A DNA stretch of 64,000 nucleotides. Origin: Candidatus Levyibacteriota bacterium. Lineage in GTDB: Bacteria > Patescibacteriota > Microgenomatia > Levybacterales > UBA12049. The notes beneath the pieces are model-generated. The model worked only from the letters and a program-made list of their open reading frames with translations. It had not been told where the DNA came from and did not search any database. The position numbers and the translations under genes were made by a program. The stretch covers positions 38,676-102,675 of the forward strand of contig JACQHJ010000003.1 in the NCBI GenBank assembly GCA_016199085.1. Direction: 5' to 3'. Below, piece after piece: positions 39,244 through 47,970 of this stretch. How positions within the stretch are numbered: position 1 is the stretch's first letter; every line of letters starts with the position of its first letter.

Positions 39244-39845
39244 GTAATGAAGAATTAACAAATGTTGATATCGTCTTGTACTCGCTTTATTTGCTTGGTG
39301 GTAGTAGAAGAAAGATTTTTACCGAAGATATCGCCAAAAAGTGTTTTGAATTAGCACAAGATCGTTTTTCTTGGAGAAGATATCCAGAATACCCAGATAT
39401 TGAGCCTGCAAGAAAATCTTTAATGGAAGCAAGAAACCAGAAAGACTTAATAAGCGGCAGGGCAGGAGAAGTTAAGGGTACAAAACCATCTGATGGATGG
39501 ATTTTCTCTCCTGAAGGTGTGTTCTGGATAGAAAAAAATAAATCACGTATTGAAAAAGCGCTAGGCAAAAAACAAAAACCTATCAAGAGAACAGAACTTT
39601 CCAAAAAAATTGCCGAGCTTGAATCTTCAAGCGCATTCTTAGAATTTTTGAAAGAAAAGACGTGCAACAATATCAAAGCTTATGAATTCACTGATTTTCT
39701 AAACGTTAGCCTTGATACCCCATCATCAGTAATCAAGAGTAGAATTCAAACTGTTAAGGCTCTTGCAGCATCAGAAAAAAGAGAAAAACTTCTTACATTT
39801 ATTGCGCTTTGCGAAAAAAATTTTTCCAAATTAATTAATAATTAA
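39240..39845 (+). CDS. Hypothetical protein, possible winged-helix DNA-binding
   Basis: Overlaps the upstream stop (ATGA); IFTEDIAKKCFEL..FSW..YPEYPD..GW pattern. Confidence 0.65.
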   Translation: MSNEELTNVDIVLYSLYLLGGSRRKIFTEDIAKKCFELAQDRFSWRRYPEYPDIEPARKSLMEARNQKDLISGRAGEVKGTKPSDGWIFSPEGVFWIEKNKSRIEKALGKKQKPIKRTELSKKIAELESSSAFLEFLKEKTCNNIKAYEFTDFLNVSLDTPSSVIKSRIQTVKALAASEKREKLLTFIALCEKNFSKLINN

Positions 39846-39846
39846 C

Positions 39847-42096
39847 ATGAATCCAAATTCTAATATAATTTTTGGCCAACCACAAAAATTTGATATATCT
39901 GATAGATACTTTCTTCAAACAGCTGAGAGCGCAATGAAAGGAGATGTAATAAGGGGGTTAGTTGAATTAATTACCAATGCTGATGACAGTTACGAAGAAG
40001 TTGAGTCAAAAGGATTAACTAGTAGCGGGAAAATACTCATTGAAATAATAAGAAAAAAGCAAGGCAAAAATAGTTTAATTAAGGTCGTTGATAAAGCTGA
40101 AGGAATGAAGCTGGAAGAAATGGTTATTAAGTTAAAAAGGGTTGGGGGGATGACAAGCCATTTTATTGAAAGCAAAGGATTAAAAACGAGAGGATTAATG
40201 GGTAGAGGTAGCAAAGAATGTGTGGTTTTTGGTCCTTTAACTTTCAAATCAATAAAAGACAATATTTATTCTGAAGTTGTTTTAAAAAAACCTGCAATCT
40301 TTATTCCGCAAATCGAAAGACCTGTAACAGAAGTCGACAGAGTAAAGCTAGATATTAAAGGGAATGGAACAGTTGTGGAATTAAAAGTTGAACCACATTT
40401 TCAAATTCCGAGCCATAACTCTTTAGTAGAGAATTTACCAAAATATTACAGTCTGAGGGATATTACATCCAATCCCAAAAGAATAATTGAGTTAAGTGAC
40501 GGTAAAAGATCTGATAGGCTAGTTTACAATCCTAAAAAAGGCACTGTTGTACTAGATGAAGTAATTAATGTTATGGAATATCCTGGCGCGCAGGCTCATC
40601 TCATTCTAATAAAAACGCCTGAATCAATTGAGGTTGAAAGTAATTCTCCTTTTTGGGAAGGTGGAATATTAATTCAAAGCGGGCATGCAGTTCACGGCGT
40701 AACGGGATTCACTAGAGATATCGAGAATAATCCTTATTTTGTACATTATTTTGGAAGATTGGTTTGTACTTATATTGATATTCTTGCAATAGAATATGAA
40801 GAATATGAAAAAAATAATCAAGCGCATACCGCGTTAAACCCATCGAGAATTATCGAACCATTAAGAAAGGAAGGATTATTCTCTAACCATCCCTTTACTA
40901 AGATTTTGTATAGAGAAGCTTCACGGAGAATAAAAAATCTTTTGAAAAAAGACGAGGAACTCTCTACCTCAATGATTAAAGAAATAGAAAATAAAAAAAC
41001 AAAAGATAGACTCAAAAGGCTGGCTGACGCAGTTAGCAGGTTTATTAAAGAAAGGACTGAAGATTTGGAAATAGAAGATGATAACTATCTTTCTGGTTCT
41101 GACATTCCCGTTGGTGGGATGATTGTGATACCTGGTGGACTTAGAGTTCCAATTGGTGAAGAAAAAAGGTTTTATGTTTATGTTAAACCAAAAATACAAC
41201 AGGATAGATTTGTTACGCTTTTTACTCAGTCCAGCGCAATAGCCCTAAGCTCTAAAAAGGAAGAGCTAATTGAAAGGAATGATGGAACTTTTTACGCCCA
41301 GTTCTCTGTAAAAGGAGTTGATTATGTCAATGACGCTATAGTTAAGGTAAATTGGTCGAATATAGAAAATAATGTTCCTGTTTCAGTAATTAAAAAGGAA
41401 GAAGATCATCCATTTATTACTGACTTCTCTTTTGAAAAAAATAAATATAATTTACGTGAAGGTAAACAGAAGGATATTTATTTATTGGCTAAATGGCCTG
41501 ATTTTGTCCACGGATGGGCGGAATGTACTATTGAGACAAACAAAAATGAATTTTTAACAGTTTTGGGTAATAAAACTAGATTAAAATATAAACGATTTAA
41601 CGATGGGACACAGATGGCCATAGGAAAAGTCAAAATATATGGGGTAAAAACGGGAGGCCCAACCATAATTAAAACGTCTATAAATAATAAAACAGTGCAA
41701 ACAGAAATAAATGTTCTTCCAAAATTGGAGTTAGGACATAATATCGAGATCAAATTGGTTGATGAAGAAGCGGGAGCACAGAGAGCAGTTTGGGATGGGG
41801 ACATTTTAAAAATAAATACGAGACATAAAACTATTCATAGATATTCCGGTCCACCACCTGACTATTTAGGACAAGATTCAATTCATTTTCATTTGTTGTT
41901 GGCAGAATTGATAGCAGATAATGTAGCTAGGCGAGTTTTAGAATTAAATGCTGAAAAAAATATACATAAATATCAAGATATGGATATATATGGTTTTTAT
42001 GATATACACAGAAAGTATGTAAATGATTTCTTAGAAGTTGCCCATAACATTCAAATTCCCGATAATGAACTTGTAAATATTGTCCTTAATTCTTAG
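39847..42096 (+). CDS. GHKL (HATPase_c/MORC-like) ATPase with beta-rich C-terminal domains
   Basis: ELITNADDS (N box), VVDKAEGM (G1), RGLMGRG (G2), GNGTVVEL (G3). Confidence 0.8.
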   Translation: MNPNSNIIFGQPQKFDISDRYFLQTAESAMKGDVIRGLVELITNADDSYEEVESKGLTSSGKILIEIIRKKQGKNSLIKVVDKAEGMKLEEMVIKLKRVGGMTSHFIESKGLKTRGLMGRGSKECVVFGPLTFKSIKDNIYSEVVLKKPAIFIPQIERPVTEVDRVKLDIKGNGTVVELKVEPHFQIPSHNSLVENLPKYYSLRDITSNPKRIIELSDGKRSDRLVYNPKKGTVVLDEVINVMEYPGAQAHLILIKTPESIEVESNSPFWEGGILIQSGHAVHGVTGFTRDIENNPYFVHYFGRLVCTYIDILAIEYEEYEKNNQAHTALNPSRIIEPLRKEGLFSNHPFTKILYREASRRIKNLLKKDEELSTSMIKEIENKKTKDRLKRLADAVSRFIKERTEDLEIEDDNYLSGSDIPVGGMIVIPGGLRVPIGEEKRFYVYVKPKIQQDRFVTLFTQSSAIALSSKKEELIERNDGTFYAQFSVKGVDYVNDAIVKVNWSNIENNVPVSVIKKEEDHPFITDFSFEKNKYNLREGKQKDIYLLAKWPDFVHGWAECTIETNKNEFLTVLGNKTRLKYKRFNDGTQMAIGKVKIYGVKTGGPTIIKTSINNKTVQTEINVLPKLELGHNIEIKLVDEEAGAQRAVWDGDILKINTRHKTIHRYSGPPPDYLGQDSIHFHLLLAELIADNVARRVLELNAEKNIHKYQDMDIYGFYDIHRKYVNDFLEVAHNIQIPDNELVNIVLNS

Positions 42097-42138
42097 CTGT
42101 GAAGAGAGAGTAACGAGGATATAATCCAGTTAGAATTT

Positions 42139-43425
42139 ATGCCAAAGAAATCATACAGAATAGGTGAATTACCTCAAGAGCTTAAAACAAAAAGTGTTTT
42201 TTATTACGTTAACGAAAAGCAAGGTTTAAAAGTAAAATCAAAAGAAGTATTCAAAAATGGAGAAAAAGTTGTTCACTATCCATTTAAAAGGGATGGCACT
42301 CCTAAATATAGAAATATAAGAAAAATTACATATGAAAATATGCCAGAGAATTTACCAAGAGGATTTTATAAAGAATGGACTAAAGGTTATGGTTTTACTC
42401 GTGTATATAATCCCTTAATTTATCGACTTGATGATGCATTAAAAATTCAAGAAGTTATAGTTAGCAAAAACATAATCACAAAATTTGAAAATGGAAAACT
42501 ATATTTGAACTCTGATAAATTAGACTCATCTTATCCCAAAATAGATTTGCTTTTAAAAAAACACAATGTTGAAATTGATAATTTAGCTAATGATATTTTG
42601 TCGAAGTATTTCCCTCAAACTTTCAAGAATAAATCTCAGAAATACATAAAAGGAAGCTTAGCGCAATTTATAGATAAAAATGTAACTCAAATCTCTGATT
42701 TATCAGAAGCAGACACGCAATCCTTATTTGATCTTGCCTCTAGAATTTCAAAAGATGATTTTCTAGAAAGTAAAACCAGTGTATTAAAGACTAAAGAAAA
42801 AATTGAAGAAGTTTATATTGAAGAAGTAATTGAAGAATTTGAAAAATTATTATCTAGAAAGAATTTGACTAAAAATTTAGAAGAAAGATGGCAGAAGTTT
42901 TTTACGCAATATAATTGGATCTTTTCTCAATTATTTTCATTTCCAGTTTTAATTTTTAAAGATAAGGCTTATGTGGGAGGGAAAGGTATAGAAAATGCAA
43001 ATGGGAAAATCTCTGATTTTATCTACAAAAATAAATTAACAAACAATATTGCTTTTATAGAAATTAAGACTCATAAAACTCCAATACTTATTGATAAACC
43101 ATATAGAGGAAATGATGTTTATTCTGTAAGTAAAGACATGAGCGGAGCTGTTAATCAGGTATTAGATCAAAGAGATAATTTTCAGAAAGAATTTTATTCT
43201 CTTAAATCTAAAAGTAAAAATAAGAATTTTGAATCTTACAATTCTAAGTGTATCATTATCACTGGTAGCTTAAGTAAGCTCTCGGAAGAAGAAAAGAAAT
43301 CCTTTGATTTAATGAGAAGCAATAGTAGAGATGTAGACATAATCACATTTGACGAAGTGTTAGAGAAAATTAAAGGACTAGAATCTTTACTTTTTGGTTC
43401 TAAGCAAAAATCTACTGCAAATTAA
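42139..43425 (+). CDS. sduA: Shedu anti-phage nuclease (DUF4263)
   Basis: EERWQKFF..WIF, DFIY..IAFIEIKT, AVNQV, IITG, IITFDEVL. Confidence 0.85.
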   Translation: MPKKSYRIGELPQELKTKSVFYYVNEKQGLKVKSKEVFKNGEKVVHYPFKRDGTPKYRNIRKITYENMPENLPRGFYKEWTKGYGFTRVYNPLIYRLDDALKIQEVIVSKNIITKFENGKLYLNSDKLDSSYPKIDLLLKKHNVEIDNLANDILSKYFPQTFKNKSQKYIKGSLAQFIDKNVTQISDLSEADTQSLFDLASRISKDDFLESKTSVLKTKEKIEEVYIEEVIEEFEKLLSRKNLTKNLEERWQKFFTQYNWIFSQLFSFPVLIFKDKAYVGGKGIENANGKISDFIYKNKLTNNIAFIEIKTHKTPILIDKPYRGNDVYSVSKDMSGAVNQVLDQRDNFQKEFYSLKSKSKNKNFESYNSKCIIITGSLSKLSEEEKKSFDLMRSNSRDVDIITFDEVLEKIKGLESLLFGSKQKSTAN

Positions 43426-43439
43426 TACACCTTGCGTTA

Positions 43440-43467
43440 TTGTAAAAGTTTTGTTTTTTGCTATAGT
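43440..43467 (+). promoter_or_regulatory. Probable promoter for the leader RNA and integrase
   Basis: TTGTAA-16-TATAGT with extended TG. Confidence 0.55.
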
Positions 43468-43472
43468 AAAAC

Positions 43473-43840
43473 GGTAGTCAAACTTTTCTTTTCGGTTTTT
43501 TAATGGCCGCATTGGACAGATCCGAAAAGGGTTTGACTACACCAGTGCGGCCATTTGAGTACTTTAAAATTTTTGCGTTTTTCTCCCAAAGACGATTTGG
43601 GAACGAGTCGACAGTTTTTGAGCGAGGCGAGGCCGAGCTCTAAAATAGTAGGAGCGAAGCGACTATTTAAGAAACGAAGTTCGACATTTTTCGTAAGTAG
43701 CCAGCAAGCTAGAATAATTAAACCTACGAGGACCTAAACCCTCCGCCGGAAAACTTTCAGAAAGAACGGCAAATCCGGCCTTTTTGAAATCAGCAGACAG
43801 TCGTCGAAAGAAAAAGAAGAGAAAAACGCAAAAATTTAAG
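43473..43840 (+). ncRNA. Predicted structured leader/ncRNA containing the attP copy
   Basis: Interleaved pairings 43474-43483/43531-43540 and 43502-43515/43542-43555; perfect 19-bp stem 43567-43585/43819-43837. Confidence 0.5.
43620..43807 (-). repeat. Internal inverted copy of the reconstituted attP junction (188 bp)
   Basis: Reverse complement equals 45244-45349 (104/106) joined through the shared CTTGCTG to 38334-38422 (89/89). Confidence 0.92.
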
Positions 43841-43849
43841 AATAAGAAC

Positions 43850-45406
43850 ATGATTAAATACATAGCATACTGTAGGAAATCAACAGATGAACCGGACAGA
43901 CAAATTTTGTCTATTGAAGCTCAAGTTGCCGAACTTGAGGAATTCGCCGCAAAAGAAAATTTGAAAATTGTTTTATTTATTACCGAAAGTAAAACCGCCA
44001 AAGAGCCGGGAAGAGAAAAATTTGCTCAAGTTTTAGAAATGATAGAAAAAGGAGAAGCAAGCGGCATAATCTCCTGGCATCCTGATAGATTAGCCAGAAA
44101 TTCTGTTGATGGCGGAAAGATTATCTATTTACTTGATACCGGAAAACTTTTGGATTTAAAATTTCCCTCTTTTTGGTTTGAGAATACTCCACAAGGAAAA
44201 TTTATGTTATCGATCGCCTTTGGGCAGAGTAAGTATTATGTCGATAATCTTTCCGAAAATGTTAAAAGAGGAAACAGGCAAAAATTGAGACGCGGTGAAT
44301 GGCCTAATCAAGCGCCTTTTGGTTATTTAAATATAAATAAGAAAATCGAAGTTGATAAAAAACGAGCAAGGTTTGTTAAAAAGGCATTTCAACTTTACTC
44401 AACCGGTGCTTATGGTTATGCCGATATCCGCAAATTTTTCACTCAAAACAAAATTTTCAATAAATCAGGCCATAAACTTCACTTAGATAAAATAAAAAAG
44501 ATTTTAACAGACCCTTTTTATTATGGCCTGATGAAGTTTTGCGGCGAATTATACGAAGGAAGCCACCTGCCCCTAATTTCTAAGAAACTTTTTGATAAAT
44601 GCCAAGAAATTGTTAAGCTAAAGAGCAGGAAAGTTAAAAATAATAAACATCTTTTTAATTTCTTGGGAATGATTAAATGCGGCGAGTGTGGCTCTATGAT
44701 TACTGCCGAAAAACATACAAAGATTTACAAAAGAACTAATAGAAGGGTTGAATATGTTTATTACCGCTGCTCCAAAAAGAAAGGTAAATGCTTGCAAAGA
44801 TATATTAGTAAAGAAGAAATTGAGGAACAGATAAGAAATATCCTTTTGCAAGCTTCTTTAACCCAATTCGCCGCCAAAAAGTTTCTTGAATGGGCAGAAA
44901 AAGACATAGCCAAAGAAAAACAACAATCATCAAGCGTTACTTTGGATTACAAAGACCAAATTAAAGATACTGATGAAAAACTAGAGCGGTTACTTGATGG
45001 TTATTTAGATAAGGTTATTTCTCCCGAAGATTACCAAAAGAAAAAGAACGAACTTGTTGATACAAAATCGGTTATTAACTCCAAAATTAAGGATATTTCT
45101 ACAAACGGAGTTGAATGGCTCGAACCTTTTCAAGAATTCGTAAATAACGCACTGCAGTGCGGAAAAATCGCACGGGCAAAAAATACAAACGAAGAATTGG
45201 CATTCTTCGCAAAAACTGTCGGCTCGAACTTCTCTTTACTCAATCGGCGACTGTCGGCTGATTTCAAAAAGGCCGGATTTGCCGTTCTTTCTGAAAGTTT
45301 TCCGGCGGAGGGTTTAGGTCCTCGTAGGTTTAATTATTCTAGCTTGCTGTCGGACTTGGATTCGAACCAAGATTACCAGATTCAGAGTCTGGATGCCTAC
45401 CATTAG
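43850..45406 (+). CDS. Large serine recombinase (integrase)
   Basis: YCRKST catalytic Ser, DRLARN, APFGY, G.HLPLIS, zinc ribbon CGECG..YYRC..C, coiled coil; start taken at MIKYIAY. Confidence 0.95.
   Translation: MIKYIAYCRKSTDEPDRQILSIEAQVAELEEFAAKENLKIVLFITESKTAKEPGREKFAQVLEMIEKGEASGIISWHPDRLARNSVDGGKIIYLLDTGKLLDLKFPSFWFENTPQGKFMLSIAFGQSKYYVDNLSENVKRGNRQKLRRGEWPNQAPFGYLNINKKIEVDKKRARFVKKAFQLYSTGAYGYADIRKFFTQNKIFNKSGHKLHLDKIKKILTDPFYYGLMKFCGELYEGSHLPLISKKLFDKCQEIVKLKSRKVKNNKHLFNFLGMIKCGECGSMITAEKHTKIYKRTNRRVEYVYYRCSKKKGKCLQRYISKEEIEEQIRNILLQASLTQFAAKKFLEWAEKDIAKEKQQSSSVTLDYKDQIKDTDEKLERLLDGYLDKVISPEDYQKKKNELVDTKSVINSKIKDISTNGVEWLEPFQEFVNNALQCGKIARAKNTNEELAFFAKTVGSNFSLLNRRLSADFKKAGFAVLSESFPAEGLGPRRFNYSSLLSDLDSNQDYQIQSLDAYH
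45244..45349 (+). repeat. attR: P arm plus core
   Basis: 104/106 identity to the reverse complement of 43702-43807; ends at the core overlapping the tRNA. Confidence 0.9.
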
Positions 45407-45417
45407 CAGATCCGACA
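45347..45417 (-). tRNA. tRNA-Gln(CTG), CCA not encoded
   Basis: Acceptor TGTCGGA/TCCGACA, anticodon arm CCAGA-CTCTGAA-TCTGG, T arm CTTGG-TTCGAAT-CCAAG. Confidence 0.95.
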
Positions 45418-45526
45418 ATGCACTACAATTTTACTAGAATTTATGTTAAAAAGCTAATAAATTTTATGTCGCACAATAATATTGATACTTTTCAAAAGGG
45501 GAGTGGATTTTGTAAAACGATAATTC

Positions 45527-46704
45527 ATGCTAAAAAATAAAAATCTTCTAATCATTGCTCTAATTGCGATTGTTAATGCCTTAGGCTATGGAATAATCAT
45601 ACCCATCCTCTACTCTTATTCAATTAAATTTGGCCTGTCTGACTTTGATAACGGGCTACTCTTCTCTCTTTTTTCAATCTGTCAGTTTGCGTCAACTCCG
45701 ATTATCGGAAGACTATCTGACAAATACGGCAGAAAACCTCTTTTAATAATATCCCTAGCTGGAACAGCTTTGTCTTTTTTCATGACAGCTTTTGCACCAA
45801 GCGCTGCAATTTTATTTCTAGCAAGAGCCTTAGATGGAATTACGGCAGGAAATATTCCCGTAGCATCAGCTGTAATTTCCGATACGACAGAGCCAAAAGA
45901 CAGAGCTAAGGGTTTTGGGATAATAGGAGCATCTTTTGGGTTTGGATTTATTTTCGGTCCCGCAATATCTGCATTTACCGTAGGCCTTGGAGCTTCAATT
46001 CCCTTTATCATAGCGGGAATAATAACGCTTATTGCAGTAGCCCTTACCTGGGTTTTCCTACCTGAAACAAACAAACACATAGGAGAAGTAAAGCATGGAA
46101 AACTCTTTGATTTTCCAAAACTTATCCATGCTGCGATAGACCCCAATGTTGGGCCAACGCTTCTTATTATGCTTGTTTATTCATTTTCTTTTGGAATGTT
46201 AATCTATGCTTTCCAGCCTTATTCTGTAAAAGCAATGCATTTATCCGCAAATGAAATTTCAGGATTATTCACTTTGTTTGGAGCCGTAGGACTTGTTACC
46301 CAGATTCTTCTTCTACCAAGAATTGCGAGAATCTTAGGCGAAAAAAATACATTTAAGTTTTCATTGATACTTATGGCTTTGGCTTTCCTGGGTATTTTTT
46401 TAACTACAAATTTAATTCTATTTGTAATCTTCTCCGTTCTTTTTGGCTTTTCCAATTCATTTGTCCAGCCTTTAATCCAAACAATACTTTCCAAAGAAAC
46501 AGATGAAAAAAGCCAAGGGTCAATCATGGGAATAAGCGCATCTTATATGAGTATCGGAACAATACTGGGCCCTATTGGGGAGGCGCAATAGCAACGATTG
46601 GCATTGCCTATCCATATTTTGCCGGAGCAATTGCATCTTTAGTTTGCCTTGCGTTAACTTCACAAATCTTAAGAAAAGGAATTAAAAAAGAATCTGCTTT
46701 CTAG
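45527..46704 (+). CDS. MFS transporter (DHA1/TetA-like), frameshift near 46575
   Basis: GRLSDKYGRKP, GFGFIFGP; the alternate frame continues GGAIATIG..KESAF*. Confidence 0.85.
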
Positions 46705-47930
46705 CTTTGCAGATTCTTAATAAGGTGATCTTTACCGTAAATTTGATTTAACTCAAGTATTCCAATCCCAGATTCTTTTCCAGTCATCAGAAAAAATATT
46801 GTTTTAAATGAAATATCATTTTCTTTGCTAAATTGCCTCATTGCTGCAAGTAATTCCTCATCTTTCCACTTTTCTCCCATTTTTTCGTTTAAAAAGTTAA
46901 GGAGTTTTCGGGCAATTTCTTTTTCTTTATCTGTTTTTTCTCTTGCAGGATTTTTATCTACCAAAGCTTTAAAATCCAATAGAGTCTTCATTCTGGATTT
47001 GGCTGCATTTACAATTTCTTTTGCTTTTTCACTTCTTAAAACATCTAACACATCCTTATCATTACTATAAAACTCTTCCAATCTTTTATCTAAATCATTT
47101 ATACTTCTTATCCAAACCCCGTTTAACCATTCAAATTTTGCCTGATCAAAAATAGGATTTGCCGTATTTATATCTTCCAACTTAAATAGCTTCACCATTT
47201 CGTCTAAGGAAAGCTGTTCTCTTTTTCCTCCAGGATTCCAGCCTAAGAATGCCATATAGTTTAAGATTGTTTCCTTAAGATACCCTTCTTTTTTGTAATC
47301 CAGAGCTGATTTTGCACCGTGTCTTTTAGAAAGTTTTTTCTTATCGGCTCCTAAAATAACAGGCAGGTGGACAAACTGCGGCGGTTCCCAGCCAAAACTC
47401 TCATATAAATATAAATGCTTGGGGGTTGAAGAAATCCATTCCTCTCCTCTAAAGACATGTGAAATTTCCATTAGATGGTCATCTACCACATTTGCCAGGT
47501 GATAAGTTGGAAAACCGTCTGACTTAAGGACAACAAAGTCCTCCTGTGTCTTTCCGCCAAAACTTATCTTTTTATTGCCTACCAGATCTGTCCAGGAAAA
47601 AGTCTTCTCACCTGGCACTTTTACAAAGACTGCTCCTTGACTTTCATAAGCAATACCTTTATCAACTAGCTCCTTTGTGTATTTTTTGTATAATTCTAGC
47701 CTTTGGGATTGGTAAATAATCTCACCTGTCGGCTTAATACCCAGCCACTCTAAAATCTCAAGCAAGGCCTCAATCGAGCCTTTAACGAGCCTTTTTTGAT
47801 CGGTGTCTTCAATACGTAGAATAAACTCGCCATTATTTTTCTTTGCAAAAAGATAGTTAAAAAGCGCTGTTCTTGTTCCTCCTATATGTTGTATTCCTGT
47901 GGGGCTTGGAGCGTATCTCACTCTTACCAT
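46701..47930 (-). CDS. gltX: Glutamate--tRNA ligase
   Basis: RYAPSPTG, HIGG, LRIEDTD, KLSKR. Confidence 0.97.
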   Translation of the reverse strand: MVRVRYAPSPTGIQHIGGTRTALFNYLFAKKNNGEFILRIEDTDQKRLVKGSIEALLEILEWLGIKPTGEIIYQSQRLELYKKYTKELVDKGIAYESQGAVFVKVPGEKTFSWTDLVGNKKISFGGKTQEDFVVLKSDGFPTYHLANVVDDHLMEISHVFRGEEWISSTPKHLYLYESFGWEPPQFVHLPVILGADKKKLSKRHGAKSALDYKKEGYLKETILNYMAFLGWNPGGKREQLSLDEMVKLFKLEDINTANPIFDQAKFEWLNGVWIRSINDLDKRLEEFYSNDKDVLDVLRSEKAKEIVNAAKSRMKTLLDFKALVDKNPAREKTDKEKEIARKLLNFLNEKMGEKWKDEELLAAMRQFSKENDISFKTIFFLMTGKESGIGILELNQIYGKDHLIKNLQS

Positions 47931-47970
47931 ATGCTTGCATTGTACAGTAATCTTTTTCTATACTCAATAT

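Larger units (their letters stand above)
38334..45349. mobile_element. Large-serine-recombinase integrative element at the tRNA-Gln 3' end
   Basis: Direct core CTTGCTG at 38334-38340 and 45343-45349 (the latter overlaps the tRNA 3' end); integrase; defence-type cargo; junction independently matched by an internal copy. Confidence 0.88.

Noticed and set aside
43555-43863. ORFs 43555-43737(+) and 43663-43863(-)
   Set aside because: They are by-products of the inverted attP copy; the minus ORF repeats the integrase tail behind a low-complexity F/L start. Expression as a peptide is not excluded but is unsupported.
43620-45349. Diversity-generating retroelement TR/VR pair (copy of a gene 3' end)
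   Set aside because: The copy is inverted, spans the att junction and has only two mismatches without an adenine-specific pattern; no reverse transcriptase is in the window.
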